Below, one piece after another: positions 59,641 through 64,000 of a stretch of 64,000 bases of DNA. The DNA lies in the NCBI GenBank assembly GCA_976551045.1, contig CDPCPM010000180.1, positions 8,618,001 through 8,682,000 on the forward strand, in the 5' to 3' direction. The translations under genes were made by a program, and so were the position numbers. The notes below the pieces were generated by a model. That model did no database searches. It had not been told where the DNA came from and was given only the letters and a program-made list of their open reading frames with translations. Each line of letters opens with the position of its first letter. Positions within the stretch are counted from its first letter, which is position 1. The stretch is from Glaucostegus cemiculus. Taxonomy: Eukaryota.

Positions 59641-62417
59641 TACTGTCCCTGTGGACTTTGTATGTTATTCCAGTGACTGCATGGGCTTCCTTTGGGCGAC
59701 CTGGTTTTCTTCCCCATCTCAATGAGTGTAGAATGGGGAGGGAGGTGGGGTGGAGGGTGGTCCTATTAGGAATCTATGAAATAGGATTGCTCTGTGAGCT
59801 GGCATAGACTTAATGGGCTGAATAGTCTCCTTCTATGTTGCAAGGAAATATGGCACTATGTCACCACACCACAACAATGGGGCAGACACTTTATTGGCCT
59901 CTGAAAGTGTCCAGCACACTATTTTTTCAAGTGCAATTGAGAATAGCCAATGTGTGACAGACTTGTCAGTCACCACATACTCCATGCATGAATAGAAAGC
60001 AAGTCTCACACTTTGTAAAGTTTAAGATGACTACGAAAGTCTGGTTTACCTCAAGTTAGGAAAAAATTGCTAATTTATAAGATTTCACCTTGACTTTCTT
60101 TAAATTCTCTCTATAAAGTTATCCAATTAAGAATGAGCTCACTCCTAGGTTTAGTCATGGAAACTCATTAAGATATCTCTGCTTTGAAAATAATGGCACA
60201 AGACTGTGCATAATATACATAAAACAATTTGTAGGTTACCTTAAATACTAATCTACTTGATCAAACAGTAATACACTCCATTCAGGGAGATAATTGTGTA
60301 GCTGTAAATCGCCCTGAATACTGATGGCAGTTCCAAGCACGTCATCTGTGGCTCGGTGAGCAGAACCCTTGCCTCTGGCTCAGAAGGTTGGGGCTTCAAT
60401 TTCCACCCTAGCACAGACAATGTTGCTTCAAGGAAGAGCCCTCAAGAATAGCCTGTCTTACACAAACAACCCATTGAGCTGAAACATGCTGAGGCAAGTA
60501 ACTTCAACTTCTTTTTTGGTCAGAAGGAACAAGAGTAACTCTGAAAACATATGTGAAACCTGGATATCCCCAGCCTTAGGTTTGCCTCTTTCTTTCCGTT
60601 CCAACAGTCCTCTTCCACAGACTTAACATCTTCTTGTGATCTGATTCCTTTGTTTCTCAGTTTGCTCAGATTGTTGACTAAATATGCCTTAGTTCTCTGC
60701 ACCTCCCTTGCCAGTTTTTGGTGGAGATGCAAACTACTTTAGTTATATGTGGCCTAGGATTAAAATAGCTCGTGTTTCTTACTTGGCTCATGTTTAATGG
60801 CTCATGGCTTTAATGACTCGTGTATCTCCCTGCCTGCAATATGCCCTGCACACTTGCAGATTTGCAGTTTGGTGAATCACTGAATGGTTGTTTGGAACTT
60901 CCTGACATAGAGAGCCATGAATTCAGGAAACGTAGACAGCTTGGTACAGCATTTGACATCAGCTCATTGTTAATTCCAGATCTATGACTAATAGATTTTT
61001 AACCAATGTAAGGAGTAGGCTTGATGGAGGACAAAAGTAGTATATGGAGCCTGGATACTGATTAGCCATGATCTCTTGGAATGACTAAGCACAGTTGAGG
61101 GGCTGAACAGTCTCCCTCCAATTCCATGTCCCTAAACATAAGCCTCATGGATGGTGCAAACAATAACACATTTTGCAGTATCTTTAATTAGGCAAAATGG
61201 TCAAAGGTGGTTTACAGGACGGTCATCAAACAAAATCTGACACAGACCAAAATAAGGATATATCAGAGAAGAGGACTAACTGCTCATTCTAGGATGTAAA
61301 TGTAAGGAAGCATCAGAAATAAATGGAGACGGAGGGAGGAATATCAAGGCTTACCATCTCCAGTGGTGGAGCAATTAAAATTGGGGTTAATCAACAGGCC
61401 AGAAGTAGAATATAAATATCATAGGGGGTAATAAAAACAGAGGCAATAGCAGAAATTAGGATAGATGAGACTCCTGAGAGGTTTGAAGGCAAGAGTAAGA
61501 ACTTTAAAAAAAATCATGTGATATGTGTGTTGGAAAGATGGAAAAGTTATATTTTGTCTATTTGGATACTCTCTAGCAACAGACTGGGAACTTGATATTC
61601 CAAACTCTCATTCTAGCTTCACTCTTGTCAATAGTCAAGTGATTGGAAGTTTAGTCACAAACTTACTGGTTTTCTTACAGGTGAAGATCACTCCCAATTC
61701 AACATTTCTTAGGGCATCTCCCACTCCCATGATAACACTCACAAGGCTAAAGTTTGTTGTAATTTATGGCAATGAGGGCAGTAGCTGGGGTGTGTGTGTG
61801 TGAGCCACAATGTATCCGTGACATGGAGAAACCTTAAATGATTGGTTCCAACAATGCATAAGAAAGGAGCTGTACGTCAGTGATTAATACCATAAATTGT
61901 ACTTGCCAAATCTGAAATATTTCACAGAACATGGGAAGAGAGGAAACTATGATTGCAGTTTAATATAATGTGGCAATGATCCATGCAATGACAGTGATCT
62001 GACACTGTACATTCTCAGTAGGATTGCCGTAGTGTTGCTGGGAGGAGAACAAGTTGCTTCTATTGATTTAAGCTGACCTCTGGAAAGTGATTAATTCCTT
62101 GTCATCCAATAGCTGCTGGGAGAACGCTGCAACAGAAGCAGTTCAGTAGTTTGTAAGTGAAAGGACCACAAGAAATGAGAGTGGGATTTCAGCGAGGTGA
62201 TCCAGATAAGAAATCTCTCACATACAGTGGCAACAATTATGGATGTTATCTAGTGGCTCATTGGAATAATGCCAGAACTGAGAGGATATATTTATGCATG
62301 AAAAGTAAGCACAGAAAATGTCAGGTGGCCTGATCATAATCTTCGAGATATTGAGTTTGATCTGGAGTCTGTGGAGATGAATCTGCCATGAGAGTAAAAA
62401 AATTATTGGGGCCTGAA

Positions 62418-62635
62418 GCAAACAAATAAAATGCTGGAGGAACTCAGTGGGTCAGGCAGCATCTGTGGAATGGTCAATGTTTCAGGTCACAGCCCTGCAT
62501 CAAGACTCCTAATGCAGGATCTTGATCTGAAACGCTGACCATCCTTTTGCCTACACAGATGCATCTGACCTGCTGAGTTCCTGCAGCAGTTTGTTTTTTG
62601 CTCCCGATTCCAGCATCTATAGTCTCCTGTTCTCC
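62418..62635. repeat. Imperfect inverted repeat of the Penelope-derived terminal repeat
   Basis: Left arm tgctggaggaactcagtgggtcaggcagcatctgtg...tggtcaatgtttcaggtc...ctgcatca is reverse-complementary to right arm taatgcagg...gatctgaaacgctgacca...cacagatgcatctgacctgctgagttcctgcagca. Confidence 0.8.
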
Positions 62636-62790
62636 AAGTGGCACCTGGATTTTCTAGAGGACTGCTGGCAGCGGTTGTTTGGAATTCACATGGGGCAGCA
62701 GATTAGCGCAGTTTCTTTATGTTCCAGTGACCAAGATTCAGTTCTGACCTCCAGTGCTGTGTGGAGTTTGCATGTTCTCTCTGTGACCAT

Positions 62791-63094
62791 GTAAGATAAG
62801 AGATATCTTTATTAGTCACATGTACATCAAAACACACAGTGAAATACATCTTTTGCATAGAGTGTTCTGGGGACAGCCCGCAAGTGTCACCACGCTTCCG
62901 GTGCCAACATAGCATGCCCACAACCTCCTAACCTGTACGTCTTTGGAATGTGGGAGGAAACCGGAGCACCCGGATGAAACCCACACAGACACGGGGAAAA
63001 TGTACAAACTCCTTACTGACAGTGGCTGGAATTGAACCCAGGTCGCTGGCGCTGTAATAGCATTACGCTAACCACTACACTACCATGCCTGCCC
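62791..63094 (-). mobile_element. V-SINE (alternative tail) nested inside an older plus-strand V-SINE (62690-62790 and 63095-63335)
   Basis: Complete head, V-domain and tail; the host SINE V-domain gtgtggagtttgcatgttctctctgtgaccatgt resumes as tactctagtttcctccaaaaccccaaagacgtgc. Confidence 0.85.
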
Positions 63095-63587
63095 TCTAGT
63101 GCCTGTACTCTAGTTTCCTCCAAAACCCCAAAGACGTGCCGGTTGGAAGATTAATTGTCCACTGTGAATAACCCCTAGCGAAGGTGGCCAGTGGGGAACC
63201 AGGGACGTATTAATGACATGCATGAGAGAATAACTTTTGGGGAGGTTAATAGGGGAGTGGTGTTGATGGGATTGCTTTGAAAGCTGCAAAAGACTTGATG
63301 GGTTTAAAGGCTTCATTCTGTGCCTTAAAGAAATATGAAAATATGAAACAAGGAAGTCATGAAAACCTTGAAAGGTTCTGGGCAGTAATTTCTTGCCTTC
63401 CATGGTGGAGTTCCAATCTCCAGTAACCAGGCCTGCTGAACTACAACACATTAGACCTGGCAGTGGTTCAGTGACTCCATTCATTCTAGTGGAGAGAAAG
63501 TGAGTGCATTTGAACTATTTAAATTTTTAAGTTAATTGAGTTAATTTAAATATTTTTTACATTTTCAGGCAGAAGTTTCAAAAAAAG

Positions 63588-64000
63588 AAGTGCAGATACT
63601 GGAAATCTAAAATAAAACCAGAAAATGCTGCAAATTCTTAGCAGGTCAGACAATATTTACAGAGTTCCCTCTGGGACGTCTTCCCTTTCCTGAGTTCTGT
63701 TTTCACCTCTGTCACAGTTGACAAGACTCTCAAATGTCCTGCACTTCTGCTATCATACTTCTCCCTCCATCCCACCAGCCTCCACATTTAATGGATCATC
63801 CTCTGTGATTTCCATCACCGTCAATAAAATTCCACCACTGGCTACATTTTTCATTCTCCTGTTTCAGGTTACTGAAGGGACCATTCCCTTCACCACTCCC
63901 TGGCTCCCATTTCCATCTCTCGCTGCTTGTCATGGCACTTTCCCATGCAACTGCAGGAAGTACAACATCCTCCCTTTTACTCCTTCTGTTCCCACCATCA
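63588..64000 (+). mobile_element. Penelope-like element remnant (RT-GIY-YIG linker region)
   Basis: Decayed HPTSLHI.WIIL..FHH...RDHSL..SL...HGTFPCNCRKYNILPFT resembles the Penelope linker with its Cys motif; preceded by an inverted terminal-repeat piece (tgcagatactggaaatct...gaaaatgctg). Confidence 0.7.

Noticed and set aside
60520-60753. Protein-like ORF (KLAREVQRTKAYLVNNLSKLRNKG...) as a possible GAD 5' exon
   Set aside because: In-frame TAA lies between the nearest acceptor and the ORF, the donor is weak, and there is no GAD similarity.

Overview
Vertebrate intronic/intergenic DNA, most likely from a cartilaginous fish (inferred from V-SINE/HE1-like SINEs and shark-type CR1, Rex1/Babar, Tx1 and Penelope repeats), with one assembly gap (9386-9557). 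The only recognisable host gene is an intron-containing glutamate decarboxylase pseudogene on the minus strand (~55.0 to 24.6 kb; GAD1-like, probably gad3). I could identify six exons matching GAD1 in size and sequence, plus one tentative exon. Together they carry stops, frameshifts, two dead splice donors and a Lys-to-Arg change at the PLP-binding NPHK motif. Its introns hold two young LINEs with open ORF2s (a full-length CR1 and a Rex1/Babar), an SVA-like non-autonomous Rex1 derivative with a CpG-rich VNTR, and a decayed Gypsy element. The most notable signal is a phased U_UUA_AAC slippery heptamer with a downstream G-rich tract at the CR1 ORF1/ORF2 overlap, a candidate -1 programmed frameshift. 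Others are four tandem 5' splice sites in the CR1 5' UTR and hammerhead-ribozyme-like cores in Penelope-derived repeats. All calls were made by eye; family names and comparisons to human GAD1 come from recalled knowledge, not database searches.
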